From the human T2T-CHM13v2.0 reference genome, Homo sapiens, in the NCBI RefSeq assembly GCF_009914755.1, contig NC_060926.1: a stretch of 64,000 nt of DNA. The stretch is one strand, 5' to 3'. The stretch's first letter is position 1. Every line of letters begins with the position of its first letter. Position numbers and translations under genes: made by a program. The notes below the pieces were generated by a model. That model searched no databases and was not told where the DNA came from. It saw nothing but the letters and a program-made list of their open reading frames with translations. This document shows, one piece after another, positions 11,600 through 27,652 of the stretch.

Positions 11600-14500
11600 A
11601 GTGGTCCCGCTTGAGCTTAAAGGACTGCCCTGAGCCCATCTCAGGCCTTTGCAAGGGAGTCTATGGAGCTCAGAAAACAGAGAACTTTAGCCAGCCTAAA
11701 TTCTTGCAACAAAGAAGGAAAGAAGAGCAGGCACCTTGCAAAGCTCAAAAGATAATGCTGGAGGACTGAACGAGAAGATTTGAGGTCCTAAGACAATATA
11801 AAAATGAAAATGAATGAAAGCAAAGCCGTACACGAAGGGTCTTGCTTGGAAGAAAAGGAAAATAAAGGGAGCCTCTGGGGAAGAAGCCATCAGCTAGAGT
11901 ATGTGGGAGTGGAGCCAGTCAGTTACAAAGGTTTATACTAGCCCACAGGGAGAGTGTGATAGGAAGTCAGATGAATAACAGGGTTTCTGAGCAGTATTCA
12001 GGGCACAGCTGAGAGTAAAGAGCATCGATTTGTAGTGCATCAATTTATATATAAAAATTATACCATGGACACGAGTTTTGACTATCTAGCCAAGAGCTAA
12101 TGCACACATACAATATTTTGTCTCCGGTAATGGTACTTAAATTTTTTTAGTAAACTCCGACAGTCAGACAGAATCTTAACTCGACCTCCCTCCTGATGCT
12201 GGTGCATTTAGTGAACCCTGCCTCATTGCCTTTGATTCACTCAGCATTTCTTGTTCATTTTTAAAAAACCAGAAGAAATTGATTTGTTTTCCTTGGCAGT
12301 TCTGACATCATCCTACTTATAAAGTTGTACTCAGAAGAAAAGGAAGGCAAAAAGGGTTTCCATCTTAAATATGCTTGTATTTTTGGAAAGAAAGATAATC
12401 TTTTAGAGCTATATTCTTGGACACCTTGGGTGGAAAGTGAGTAGTGCTATTATTGCAAGTGATCCACATTGAACAAGTGGGACCGTGTTGGCTCTAAGCA
12501 TTGGAGAGGACCTTCATATGTCCTGGTCCATGACAGCTGTCAAACACCTACCTAGCTCTGAGCCCTCTGCCCTCCTGTTGGATTTGAAGAGTAGCAAACA
12601 CAAAGTGGCAGATAAGCAGATGGTGATTTGAAAAGCATTTTTCCCTGAGGGAAAAAGTTATGAACAATGGATTTTGCTCTCACCTAAATTAATTTACTAG
12701 AAATCTTGCGATCTACTGTACCTAAGACAAATGGATTGAGGTGGAAACAGTTATTTGAGAGATGGGGAGTGTATTCATGAACATTTTCCATTGCCGTATC
12801 TCTCTCTGTAGAATTATTAAAAAGCATTTGCCAGTTAACGTTTACTGTGGACCCCAAATGACAAACATTCCTTTGGACTGATGGTCCATTAGAGAAGGAC
12901 CATTGGTTCCCAGGACCAAGACACTTATTTATCTCCAGGCCACTGATACTAAACACTGAGACTCCAGCTGAAAAGGTTGTGGAAGTCAATGGTAAGTCTA
13001 ATAATGCCTTTGATTCCAGTTCCCAAAAAGCATCTAATATTCAGTTCTGCATATTCAGTCTTCATAATGCCAGCAACCACAATTTGTATTGCTCTGACCA
13101 ATTGTACAGCTCTGACCTCATTGTCCTTTTTTCATTCAACAGATCCTCCTGGCATTTAGTGGGAGGAGATATCATTATGGTGTGAGACCACCATAATAAT
13201 GTGAGGGCATGAAACCACAAAAGCATTAAATCAGAAAGCCTAACAGTGGCAGTCAAGGAGACAACCCAGACCTCATACCTGATTGGGGCCAGAATTCAAA
13301 GCAGACAAAGCAATGCCCCCTCTCCTCCTTTTGTTTATTCCATTCCAAGGCACTCATTTTCCTACTTCTGCCCTATGGGACCCAATTTCTGAGCAATGGT
13401 TCTTATTATTATGCTTTTTATTTTTATCATTATTGTGACAAGAAGCAGTTCCCAATGGGATGTAGTATTTACTGCCTTAAAGGTGATGTCTTGTTGAATT
13501 CTCACATACGCTGTGAACATGTGAATGTACGTAGTAGTTTACTGATGCATTTCAAATGTATTACAAGTGCATACACATCCATCCACATGAACCTAGGACC
13601 ATTTCATCACTAACTTCCTGCCCTTCACCCTAGTGGATTGCTGTTTAGAACATAAAAATGCTTTTGGCTTTCAGACAAGAAATATTGAGGAATACCTTAG
13701 AAAGTGACAAACGAAAGACATGCTACAGTCTTCTAAGCCCATTCTGTCCTTTTTGACGTATCTTAACTTCCCTCTCACCTTATTCATCACGATGCCAACC
13801 AATACTGTAAATGGAGCAGCCAATCCCAGATTCTTGCTGCTGTCCACACAGTAAGAGGAACAAGAGTGCCATCTACTTTGACTGACCAATGAGTAATTCA
13901 GGTGTCATTTTGAATGAGAGGTTTTCAATTATATACATAAAAGACCCAGAGCATTGAAGTGATACGAGTTATTAGGATCTATAGAGCTGTATTCAACCCA
14001 TCATAGTCCAGTACTGACTCCTCTTTCAGCTGCACTCTGAAAGTTAAATTCTGAACTAATGCTGAGTAAACACAAGAGGCAATGGCTAAAGAGGGTGCAA
14101 GCCCCAAACTGAGATTTTATCATTTCTGGCATTAATGTATCTCAGATATTTAAAGAAATACTTGCTTAATTGACAAATGGTTGTGACTTTTGCTTTGGCA
14201 ACTCCATAAATGAGAAACCAACTTTATTGGAAAGGGAAGGAGTAGATCAATTGCTAGGTGCAGAACTTAATTCCATTGCAGTTAGGTAGGAGACAAAGAA
14301 AAAAAAAGGATTCCTATTGTACTGAGAGATTCCTTGTAAAGGGGTCTTGAAAGGTACAGGTGGGTCCTCATCCAGTATCCTAACACTAGTAGGTAAGCAA
14401 GAAGTAGAATTTTTTCTCACTTAAGAACTCATATTTTTATCTGGTATTTTATATTGCCTACCTCTTATGCACTCACGCTTTCTTCTGTCAAAGAGTGATT

Positions 14501-17500
14501 ATCGGTTTAAAAAAAAAAAACCTGAACTTTCAGAAGACAACTAAAATGTGTCCACCAATGGTGTCTGAAACTACATAATATGGAATTATGTAAACAGCAC
14601 TAGGCCTGAAGCCAGGAGATCTGAATCTGTGTCTTACACAAGTGGTATATGGCAGAGCTGCATAGTAATTTCATACTGTGTAATTTCCGAGACCACTGGG
14701 GGCCACAAGCTCTGCCATATACGATTTGTATAAAGCACAGATTCTCGGCCTCTTAGAACAGGTTTCTACATCTGCAACCAAACGTCAGAGAGCCTAGCTA
14801 GACTTTTGTAGTAAGAAAGCCATGAAATAAGCACTAGTGAACCATGTAGTTCTACACAAATATTAGGGGCTCTTTATTATCACAATAATCCCTCCATTAT
14901 TAATACTGTCTTCTCCTAGTAGTTCTTTCTCAAATGAACATTTTTTAGTATAAAGATTAAGTGTCCATCCCAATGTCCCAAAATAATGTTGAGGCCACTC
15001 AATCAATGGTGGTTGCAATACTCTCCTATGAGATTATGGTGGCATATGGCATAATGCACAGCAAACCAAAGTAAAAACCAGAGGCCAGGGATTGATTCTT
15101 CATTTGACTCTCTCCCTCATAATGCAGCTTCAATTTTCTCATCTAACAGAAAAAATAATACTCTGTTTCTTGAGGGTCAAATAAGACTTTTAAAAATGCA
15201 ACTGTTTCATAAACTTGGCACAGTACATAGATGCAAATTATTGCTCTCCATCCTTTTATCATACTGGAATCTATGCTTTCTGGTACAAAATGCATGAACA
15301 ATGCGTTTATGATCATTCTCATTAGCATCTGAGTGAAAGAAGCAACATATTTTCCATTAATGAGCCCATTTATTTATTCTTTTCTTTTGTAGTGACAAGT
15401 GAAAGTTGTTGGATAAATGATCTGTGAGTGTTTTGTCCCGCCAAAATGGCTTATAGGATGAAGATATTTGAAAACTACAGGATTAGAAGGTCAATTTTTC
15501 ACTCTTGACTGAAAAAAAAATAGAATTATCATTCCTTAAAGAATGTAGACAAAATATATCAATGAAGTATTCTCTTATATTTTTACCTAAGGCATCATAT
15601 CATAGGCTACCAGAGCTAGAACGCACCCAAACATCCTTGATTAAAAAACAGAAATAGCACAGAAACAAAACCTCAAAGCCCTACTACAGCAATAGAAAAT
15701 TAAATCCCCTGCTCAAGGTCATGTTGACAGCTTTGTCAGGGCAGAGTGGGGATCAGAATTCTCCTGTTCCCTGACTCTCTGTCTAGTATGTTTCTCATTG
15801 CAGCTGGCTCCTTCTAAACCACTGCACAAGACACTTTTGGTGGTTATTATAGCTGTTTGTTTCTTGAAAAATAATGGAAACCATGTGATCCAAAAACCTC
15901 TTTGCTAGTAAACAAAGGCATTCATTGTATCTATGAAGCAGGCTGTTTTTTAACTTAAAAAAAAGTTTTGGCTGTAGAACCATGCAGAATACAAGGAAAT
16001 CTCATTTCAGCATCCCTCATTGAAAGCAACTGCTGGGAAGGGGTTGGAAACCAAAGTTATGTATACAATAGGCATTTATCCAAGGAAAGGATCTCAGGGA
16101 AATTAGCATGTCTTAAATGATGTTATTCCTAAAATGTCAATCAGTCACTACAGTATTTGCTTCTCTTATGGTATTCTCAAAATGGATTATTGTCTCTGAA
16201 TTTTTAATCACAATTTAGTGGTTCAAAATACTGACAGTGATACATGACAATAGCTTTTAAAAAAGTGCTCTGGCGTTCTATATTACATAAACAGAATACA
16301 ATTGTATCTCTCTAGGCAGTGTCAGAATCATTCTCAATGAAGATAATAATGTTGAATCCATCTGCCAAGAGAAGGTCAAAAACATATAGGAAATAAATCA
16401 TGGCAAATATGGAATTGGCTAAAGGTTAAGAATCTAAAGGACAAATATATATTTGGAAGCAAAAATCACCCCTCACAGAGGCATAACTTAAACAACCCCA
16501 CCTCTGGACTCCTAAATAGCTGGCTTACATAACTACATATGTTTCCACAAGTATTGCAATATTGAATGGAACAACGAATGAAAAATAAAATTGGAAACGA
16601 TGTTAGAAACTTTTAGCTCCATTATAGCTTTTATTATTTTGTATGGTGCCTCAAGACTATCTATTAACCTGCTTCTTTGCACTAGAGAAATTCAATAAAT
16701 AAATGAGCTGATTCCAGAAATGTCATGTCAGTGACATTCTAAGAATCGTTAGATAGCTTGGTCATAACCTTGTGGGTAGCACACAGGAAAAGAATTAGCC
16801 TATAAGCAGTAGATGCAGACCAAGAGTCCTAGAGGCTGTGCAGGAGTCTCAAAGCTCATTGAGCTGTTGCATTGCTTGGTCCTCTCAGCATCCATCCAGA
16901 GTCTCAGCCCCTTGCCAGTACTGTAAGTAAGTAAGCTCTGCTTGCATGTTCATAGACAAAATAAGCATGCTTTCCTAGCTCGTGGTGCCCTCTCCCAGAA
17001 GGCAAGATTCTCCAATGCCTCTTGGGCAGACTAGGTATCCACAGGGAGAAGAAAGAGTGGCATCCCTTTTCTTTGGTATGACTGGTGTCTTTTGCTCTTA
17101 TCCACGGATCTCTCAGTCATGTCTAAACAAATCATCCTAGCAGATAGTAAGGCCTTGATTTCCTCTCTGAGTAGACGTCAGTTTTTATTCTGAGCTCCTT
17201 AATTCTGAACTGGCCTGACCAGGGCCTCCTGCTCTGTACAAAACAGCATTTTACTCCAGTGCTTATGCTTATTGGACTAAGCATGCAGTTGAAAAACAGG
17301 TGCTGAGAAATGACTTCTCCTAATCACCTTTGGTTTTTCCACATTTCGATTATGAATTTGAAACTCCACGCTCACTGTTTCAAGCTTTATGTGTATTGAG
17401 TGGAGGGGTTAGAAGTGGGTTGATGTGTGTGCATGACAATCACTTCTAGCAAACCAGAGCTATGACCTTTCTATGTTTGCATAACGCTGATCACACTGAC

Positions 17501-18804
17501 TATTAACTAGGTGCATATAATCAATCAAATTCTAAAACACATGAATTCTCTTCTAGTCAGCAATACTTTCTTCTTCAGATCTCAGGCTATGACAGACACA
17601 GTGTCTGGAGATGATAAACTGTATATGAGTCTGTCTCTGGCATATCACCATTTCAGCGTCTGCTAACAATACCTGCCAAGTTAGATGGGGTAGGGTAGCA
17701 ATATGAAAGCAAGTTGTACATTATTCTAATAGATTAAGAAAATATAATCCCATTTGGATCATTTTCTGGGCCTCCATCCAAACCATGAGGTAGCTTTGCT
17801 AATCACTAAAATGTACAGGGAGAGGGTGGGCTTCTTTTTTCATAACTATATTGCATTTCTAAAGGGCACTGTATTCATTTCTTTATGAGTATAATCTAAT
17901 CAGAAAAATAATTGATTTATAGGATGATTATTCCATAAACAAACTTGCCACTGTTTTAGACTGAAATGACAACCCTCATCCCCATTTCAGGTTTTCAGTT
18001 TATACATGTCCTCTAACAATTCTTTTCAGCAAATATCTTTAAATATTTTCAATTGCTTCTTTACTGTTTCAGAAAATTTTGGCCACCTTGCAGTTAGAGT
18101 CAGGCCCATAAAAACAAGGGCTAATAGGAGTAACTATGATTTGAGATGACTAGAAATGCAACTTAAAGTCAAATGAACACTTTATACATGCCAGGAGTCG
18201 ATAGAAGATACAATGATTATCCATTAACATAACATTAATTTATCATGTATGCCCATTAAATAATAATAATATGGGGTGGTTCACTAGGATGCCCTTTGGG
18301 TTACTACATTATTTTCACTTTTTATTTTTGTGCCAACCAGTCCTGGGGTCAATGATAAATGGATTTATTGGTTATGTTACCAAGATGATATGGAGATTGT
18401 TATAATTAAGCACATAATCAGAACATCCAGGCCTTCAGGAAAAATAATTTTTAATACATAAATTTTCACTGTTGTTTAAATTTCTTGTCATCCTCTTCAT
18501 TCTGTGTGAGGGTTAGTTATGGGCAATGAATATCAATCTCTGCCTATTAGCTTTCCTAAAATGTACCAACCTCTGGGCTAACAATCAGATTATGTTGTTT
18601 AAATGTGTTTGCGAATTTATTATCCCACATAAATGATTATTATTTTAAGATGTAGCTGAAGAACTATTTCATATCACTGTTTCAAGGGGAAAAAAGCTTG
18701 CTTTTGCTTAAATGTGTTTTTTAAAATTTTGCAGTAGTTTGATTTTTTAAGATGGAGGATGTTTCTACACAGAAAAAAGATATGAGATCTATTTTACTAT
18801 GATA

Positions 18805-18960
18805 TACTAGGCACTGAATTGTCTGAATTATTTCATTTAATCTTCAAAACAACCCATTAACTAAATAATATTACCCCTATTTTATGGATGACAAAAAATA
18901 TGGGGTTCTGAACATTAAGAAAACATATCCAAAGTCATGCAGCTAATATGCGGTAGAGCA
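18805..18960 (-). mobile_element. MIR fragment
   Basis: ATTTCATTTAATCTTCAAAACAACCC...CCAAAGTCATGCAGCTAAT MIR core. Confidence 0.7.
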
Positions 18961-19282
18961 TTCAGGGCCATCAGACATGAAAACAATGTGAGAGGCTGTG
19001 CTTTGAAACTGCAGAGTCTCTGAAATGGTGTGCTGGTTAAGAAACTGATCAGTAAAGTAGACAGCCAAAGCATTTTCCTCATATAGAAAAGGGCGATTGC
19101 AAAGCTGGCTTTCTTATTTCTTATTTTATTCTTGTTATTTCCACCTTGTGACCATTAAACTAGTCTATGAACTCTTTGAAAGTATGGACTTACACTTCTT
19201 TGTTTACTTCAAAGTATCTACCACAAAGCATTCAGTAAATATTTGTGTGTGGCTTCTGATTAATAGGAGTCAATGAAACTCA

Positions 19283-19950
<668 letters not shown>

Positions 19951-20444
19951 GAGAGATGTTAACTCTAAGATTTACATCAAAATCAATTGCCACAGATGAA
20001 TAACAATTTCCAAAGGAAGGGATATAGAGATGGAAAAAAAAAGTTATCCACTACTGCTTGCCTTGAACTTTAAAAATAAAAGTGAACTTTAAAAGTTTAT
20101 TCTAATAATTTATTGAACAGGACTTATTCAATATACAGACAAAATACCTAAGGTCCATCGAGAAGTGACTTTCTTATGGCCACACAACTTGACGGTGGTC
20201 AGAGCTGCACATTCTATGATGTTGAAACACCTCTGATTTTCTTGGGCTTGGAAAGGGGACTGCCAAGGAAAATTAAGACAACCACAGCTTTTATGTAAGT
20301 CAACAATATCAGCTGCTTTATAAAGTTTATTTTCTGTATCGAGGCAACATGAGGGCAAACTCAAGAAAAAGCAAATTGCTAGATAAAAAGGAAGCTGAGA
20401 GGTTCTCCAAAGACCATTCTTCTCAAATCAAATTGAATCTGACA

Positions 20445-20960
20445 CTCAGGTGGATATAATAAAAAGAAGATGATAACAAGTGGTGAGAGTGTAGAGCAAC
20501 TGGAACCTTCATCCACTGCTGATGGGAATGTGAAATGGTGCATCTGTGTGTACATGAATCTTCATAGCAGCATTACTCATAATAGCCAAAAAGTGGAAAC
20601 CACCCAAACGTCCATCAACTGATACATAGATAAACAAAATGTTCCATATCCACACAAAGGAATATTATTCAACTGTAAAAAGAAATGAAATATTAACACA
20701 TGCTACACCTTGAAAACATGCTAAGTGAAAGAAACCAGACACAAGAGGGTACATATTGTATGATTCCATTTATATTAAATTATCTAGAATAAATAAATCC
20801 ATAGAAACAGAAAGTACATTCATGATTGGCAGTGGGTTGTGGGCAGGGCTGTGAAGTACAGGGTTTCTTTTTAGGGTGATAGAAATGTTCTGGAATTAAA
20901 TAGCAGTGATGGTTCATAACTTTGTGAATACAGTAAAATCCACTAAATTATACACTGAAT
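20445..20960 (+). mobile_element. L1MB 3' end fragment
   Basis: GCTGATGGGAATGTGAAATGGTGCA...AATAGCCAAAAAGTGGAAAC...GGGTGATAGAAATGTTCTGGAATTA. Confidence 0.85.
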
Positions 20961-20974
20961 AGATAAGTGGATGA

Positions 20975-21063
20975 ATAGATAAGCATGGATAGATAGTTGA
21001 TAGATAGATATAGATAGACAGACAGACAGACAGACAGATAGATAGATAGGAGATTGATAGATA
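20975..21063. repeat. Compound (GATA)n/(GACA)n microsatellite
   Basis: Visible tetranucleotide arrays. Confidence 0.9.
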
Positions 21064-22954
21064 AAATTCCATTTAGAATTCTTATTAAGTGTCTACCGTG
21101 TACTAAGTCTTGTGTTACCTGCTGAAGGTACAGATACAAACAAAACAGGTATGGCTCCTGCCTTCATGAAGCATACAGTACTAAAGGCAAGGTGTGTTTG
21201 GTTTTCCAAAGGAGCATACAAAGAGCAATGGCAACAAAGAGCAAAGTGGCTGCATAGTTAAGAGACAATTTTACAAGAGTTTCCCTTAGAAATGGACCAA
21301 AACCTGTATCCGGCATTGTGTTATCTCTATTGTTTTAACTAGTCTTCAAGACAGAGAAGCCAAGGAAGGGTATATTAGTGAGGGTGTGGCAGCTGCAGAA
21401 AACTGAGGCTCAATGCTCCAGGACCCGCTGAGGTATCATGCATTTCACATTACAGAATTATCCCCCAGTGAAGCAGTGACTTCCATCCTCATTGGTGTCA
21501 TTGGCCACACAAGGACCAGGCAGGTCCTGTAGTGCTGGAAAGAGCTTCTGGCAGAGGAAAGGAGACCTACCAACACTTGGAGGTGAAAGCAGTCAGTATG
21601 CACAGGAACTGTCCACCATGGTGGCAAAATGAACACAGAAATGGTCCAAGGGGATATGAGCCAGGCATTAACAATCAATGTTCCAGAAAACATTATCAAG
21701 AATCTGGGCATAATCTCTTTCACCCACTAGTTCAGCCGATAGAAAACCTGATTTTTTGTGCCAGGATCTTCCATCCAGGTGATGGCAACATAGTAAAATA
21801 GCAGACCTGATACCTAAGGGGAGATTAAGTTTATCCACATACTTGCCCACAAACTCCTCTCTCCAGTGAAGCAAATAAGCACTGTCACATTAATATTCTA
21901 GACTAGACTTCAGTCTACAGGTAGTAGAAAATTTTCCTTGCTATCCACACTCCCAAGCTTTCACGAAAATGAGTATGTGTCATCCTCAAATTTTCTTGAC
22001 ATAGTAAACCTCCCACTTCTGAGATTGCTTTGCACATTTCTGCCGTATCTTTCCAAGACTCACTTTACTTATCAGAATCGAGTCATGGGCATATTTACTT
22101 AAAAGCCTAACAAATAAAATAAATAGATGCATTTAACCTTTGAAAATGGAGAGTCTGAACAAAGCAATGCCTATGGGGACCCGTATTCTGGTTAGGAGTG
22201 AAGAAATGAGGAGAAAGGGTCAGTTAGAAAGTGTGGGCTGATAAAAAGAGGTGGTAAAAACAGGACGCTAAAATAGATCTTTGTGGACACATATTTTTTA
22301 AAGACTTGAAATTTATTTATTGTAATTTTAGTAAATTTATAGTATTTTTGAGCTACATGGAAATAGAACATATAAGACACTTTAGATTTAAATTGCTTAT
22401 TTCTTACTTATCGTTTGCCGCAGAAACACAGGAAATGGTCAGTATAAGATAGTCAATGTTGACATTATTGGGCTGAGCTACAGACCAGGGAGGGGAGGCA
22501 TGAATACAATGAGCAGTTTCCAAGTTAATCTTTGTATCTCTTAACACATACTTAACAAGGTGAGCTCTCAGATTAATAGGATTCCACCAGCATCTATTAG
22601 CACTAGCTATATACCTGACATTGCTTCATGCTAAGCACAGTCTTGAAGAAATTCATCGCTCCAGGTCTTAAACAGCTCATGTCTTCAAGCTTATGTCTTC
22701 ATGGTCTGTCCAGTTGAAGACACACCATGAGTGTGAGTGAAGGGGGCTCATGAACATGAATGAGGTAGGCTCTAAGCATTGCAATTTTGGAAGCTGATTT
22801 GAGCAGCACCAAGAGTGGATTTATCACTCAGAGGAAATCCCAAGATGAACTATACCAGCTTTGGTGTCTGTAGTTTTCATTGTCTGTGCTTTATTGCTGA
22901 CACCACTCTTCTGATAGCCACACTCTTTCCTTAGGTATTAAATGCAGTCACTAG

Positions 22955-23163
22955 AGTTGCAGTGTGGACAAGGTCATTAAGCACTCGGGATTTGGGGTTA
23001 GACAGCCGAAGTTTGAATCCCTTTATCTCTGTGTGAGCTTGAGCATTACTGAACTGCCTGACACTCTACGACTACATTTAAAAGGCACAAATAAAAAGAG
23101 AGACTTATTAATAGAGCTGTCGAATGATTAAATGATTTAATGCTTGTAAAGTGCCTGGCTCAT
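22955..23163 (+). mobile_element. MIR, split by an L1 insertion (resumes ~23843-23895)
   Basis: GTTTGAATCCC...GATTAAATGATTTAATGCTTGTAAAGTGCC; terminal GCCTGGCATATAGTAGG follows the insertion. Confidence 0.75.
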
Positions 23164-23333
23164 CATTAGGACAAATACCTAATGCATGCAGGGCTTAAAA
23201 CCTATTTAATGGGTTGATAGGTGCAGCAAACCACCATGGCACATGTATACCTATGTAACAAATGTGCACATTCTGCAAATATATCCCAGAACTTAAAGTA
23301 CAATAAAAAAATAAAAATAAATTTAAAAGAAAA
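23164..23333 (+). mobile_element. 5'-truncated L1PA (L1PA7-like) 3' end
   Basis: CATTAGGACAAATACCTAATGCATG...GGTGCAGCAAACCACCATGGCACATGTATACCTATGTAACAAA...AGAACTTAAAGTA plus A-rich tail. Confidence 0.92.
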
Positions 23334-24035
23334 TACAATTTAAAAATGCTATGAAAATGTGAGAATGGCAAGCATGGGTATCACCAAATTCACATATATT
23401 ATACATTTTTGATAAATAAAAATCTAACTACCTACTCTAAAATTATATATGATAAGGGATCTTTTTTGACATTATAAATCTTATTTTATTTAAGAAGTTA
23501 ATTATTTGCTTAGTTGAGATTTTTTCCCCCCAATCCTGCTCACCCTTAGGGTTTTGATACTGGCAATATTTTGTACATATTACTGTTCTGAAGAAAGAAA
23601 AGGCAGAATTGGAGTTAAAGAAGAGTGACAATAAAACACCAGATGGAAAATATGACACTCCATGTATGCAGATCCTGGAGAAAGGATAAAAAAGGCCACT
23701 AAAAAAGGCCACCATGTACATTTTAAGTGAAATATAATCCATGAGAGTTTCACTAGGCAATGGTCACTGCTTTTGATGAATAAGTATTTCTTTAATCATT
23801 GTAAATGTCTAATGGGTATAATAAATGACTTACACATTAAAGAAAGTGCCTGGCACATGCCTGGCATATAGTAGGTACAAAATGAATAGAATAATGATAT
23901 CATTAATGTTGTCAATGTTCTTTCAGTCCAGTGTTGCTGGTCTTGGAGCCACAGACAGAGTCTTGTTTCCATCACCTCCAAGTTCTTGAGAACACCTCGT
24001 TTCAGTCCTTCAGTATTAGCAGTAGCAGACTGCAG

Positions 24036-24400
24036 AAGTCAGCTGGGGCTGCCCTAACAAAATACCACAACTTAGATGGCCTAAACAACATAAATCTATT
24101 TTCTCACAGCTCTGAAAGCTGAAAAGTCCAAGACCAAGTTTCCCACAGGATTCAGTTTCTGGTGAAGTCTCTATTCCACCTTCTCACTGTGCACAGGGGG
24201 AAGTGTGAGAGAAGCAGCCAGTGCTCTCTGGTGTCTCTTGTTATAAGGACACTGATCTTATAGGATCAGTGTTCCACCCTTATGACCTCATTTCACCTTA
24301 ATTACTTCTTTAGAGGCCCCATCTCCAATTATAGACACACTGCAGGTTCAAGTTCCAACATGCGAATCTGGGGGAGGCACAACATTTAGTCCATAATACA
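24036..24400 (-). mobile_element. MLT1A/B-like MaLR LTR
   Basis: GGGCTGCCCTAACAAAATACCAC...TATAAGGACAC...CACCCTTATGACCTCATTT...AGTCCATAA. Confidence 0.8.
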
Positions 24401-25482
24401 GACTCTCAGTAAGTCTTTGTTTCCTTATCCCCTCAGACTCTGAATTCCTTTATATGCAACATTCCCATCAGGGCCTTGGAACTGCAGAAATTATCTGAAG
24501 GAAAACAGGATGCATTGGCTGATTTTCTAGTTGGCTTTATTGAGCAACCTAAACTAAACATTCTCTAAAATGGTAGCCCCTTAACAAGCAGACACATAGA
24601 AAAGAATTTACTCCCTATAGCAGCTACATGAAGTCTTTTTATAATGCTAGGTTGACAAATCAGAAGATGCCTTGACTTACTGAAAATGAAAACTCAAAGT
24701 TCAGCAATTGTGAAGAAATATTACATTATACAGTTTTATAAGAATATTACTTTTCTTTTGTCTGTCACTATTATCTAAGGATATTCACTTATTTTTCTGA
24801 AAACCAAAATGGTTTTTCTTCTTCAATCACATCATTAACGATAAGCACATTATCATCATCATCATCACTTTGCATTTTCACAGCTCCTCCTTCAGAAGAC
24901 CTAAAAGCATTCTAGAAACATTATCTATTATTTTTGCAACTTTTCTTCTAGTCTTGTGGGGTATGAAAGAATACGATTACATAAATCTGAAGCAGAATAT
25001 AGGCCTTTTATTATGTTGTGTACCTGGGACAAACTGACTTTTCTTTTTTTAATGAGGCAAAAGTCAAACTGAAAATATGAAAGCAGCTTATGAGCAAAAT
25101 AGTGAATAAAAACAAAAAGACATATGATATACACACTATGAATGTGATATGCATATTATTTAAGGAGTCTACAAACTATACGGCCAGAACTATTTACTGG
25201 GTCTGGCATCTCCTAGACAAATGGCTTTAAATGAAGAGCTGGACGTTTGCACCCGGGGTTAAAAAGAGATTTTTACAGGGCTACTGAAAATCTGTCAGCA
25301 GATCTTTAAAAAAGACATCAGTCATATTTGACTTTACTTTTGTTCTTGAGAACTAAGGTTGAGAGATACCTAACAGAATATTTCCATTTAGAGGTTGCTC
25401 TGGTATTAGGAGTCAAAAGGAGAAAAAGATAGCACAATATATAAATATCAACCCAGTTAAAATTTTGTTTTTTTAGAGAGGA

Positions 25483-25824
<342 letters not shown>

Positions 25825-26117
25825 TGATTTTGGAAGATCCTCTACAAGGATGAACCATCACAATGAAGGGATTGGGTGAATATTGAAGTGATAAAAATAA
25901 GTGAATACTACAATTTGAGTCATGCTTGTCCCATTAAATAATTTTAGGCAGTTGTTCATGTGTTTTAAAAATAAAACACAACTGGAGATAAAAGAAAACT
26001 ATATCATCTAAATCACCATCTCTAACAACCTCATCCTGTGGGGCTATCCTGGAAATAAAAGTGCTGTGGTAAAAAATAAAAAAATGAAAAATAACAGACA
26101 AGGAGAAAACAAAACAT

Positions 26118-26260
26118 CTGTGTTCTGATTCTTGAGTCTATCATGTGATAGTTGTGTGACTTTAGAAGAGTTGATCCTTTCTGGGCCTCAGTTTCCTCAG
26201 CCATCAAATAAGATAACAACACAACACAGGGTTTGTGAACATAAAATGAAAGTGACAGTT
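26118..26260 (+). mobile_element. MIR fragment
   Basis: TGTGTGACTTT...CTGGGCCTCAGTTTCCTCA core. Confidence 0.7.
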
Positions 26261-26490
26261 ACAGACATACTTCAAGTATAACATAGAAAAGCAACCCACA
26301 GTAAGTTTCCAGACATTTTTGATATTAACTCTGTGACAAGGTTTTTTTTGCCTTCTCACTTGCAAAATGTGACAGTATCTATGGTTGTTTCTCTAAACTG
26401 TAGACATAGGTTTGCTATTAAAAATTTGTAGCCCTCTTATTTCAGAAAGCCAGGGCAGACCAAGCCTGTAAATTACATAGTCTACTGTCA

Positions 26491-26953
<463 letters not shown>

Positions 26954-27652
26954 TCAGGTAGGAGGCAGAGACCATCAGAGACACCTTGGAGATCCAGAGA
27001 GACCAGATCATTGGGTAGTACCAGGTAGACCTAGCTCAGCTCCCCCTAGCCATAAGCACCTTTTCTAGTTTGCACCAAGGCTCCTTATGTGCCACCTATG
27101 GCCTGGGAGAGAAAACAGAATGGCTGAGCACTGAAACAGAAGAGTTGGGATTTTTTTTTGATACTTCTACTACCCAAGACTTCTCTGACTAGTTTACTTA
27201 TAACTTTGGGGATATAAAGGGAAGTGTGGCAGGATTATGCAAGCCAAAGATTATGCATGTGCTCAATAAATGTGTATTAAACTCCTACCCTGGTTATAGC
27301 AATAAATAAAATGAAGTTTCCCTCTTCTTCTGGATCTTACATACTACCTGGGAAGGCAGTCAATAAATAGGTTAAAATATGTACTTTAAAAGCTGAGAGG
27401 AGAATACAGAGTAGGCTTGGATACAGGGAGTGGAGAATTTTCTTAGAGTGTCGGTTTTACCCATAAATACTGTGTGTAGAAATTTCAATGTAAGAACTAA
27501 AGAATTGATTATATTGTGTTATACAAATATCTAATGACTGTTTAGGATTTTTTTCCTAATGAGCTTTCAAAGACTTGATGGAGAAGTGTGGGGGGAACTG
27601 CAACACTCTATAAGAGGCTGAGCTCCAGACTCCTGAGAAAAAACATTTACTC

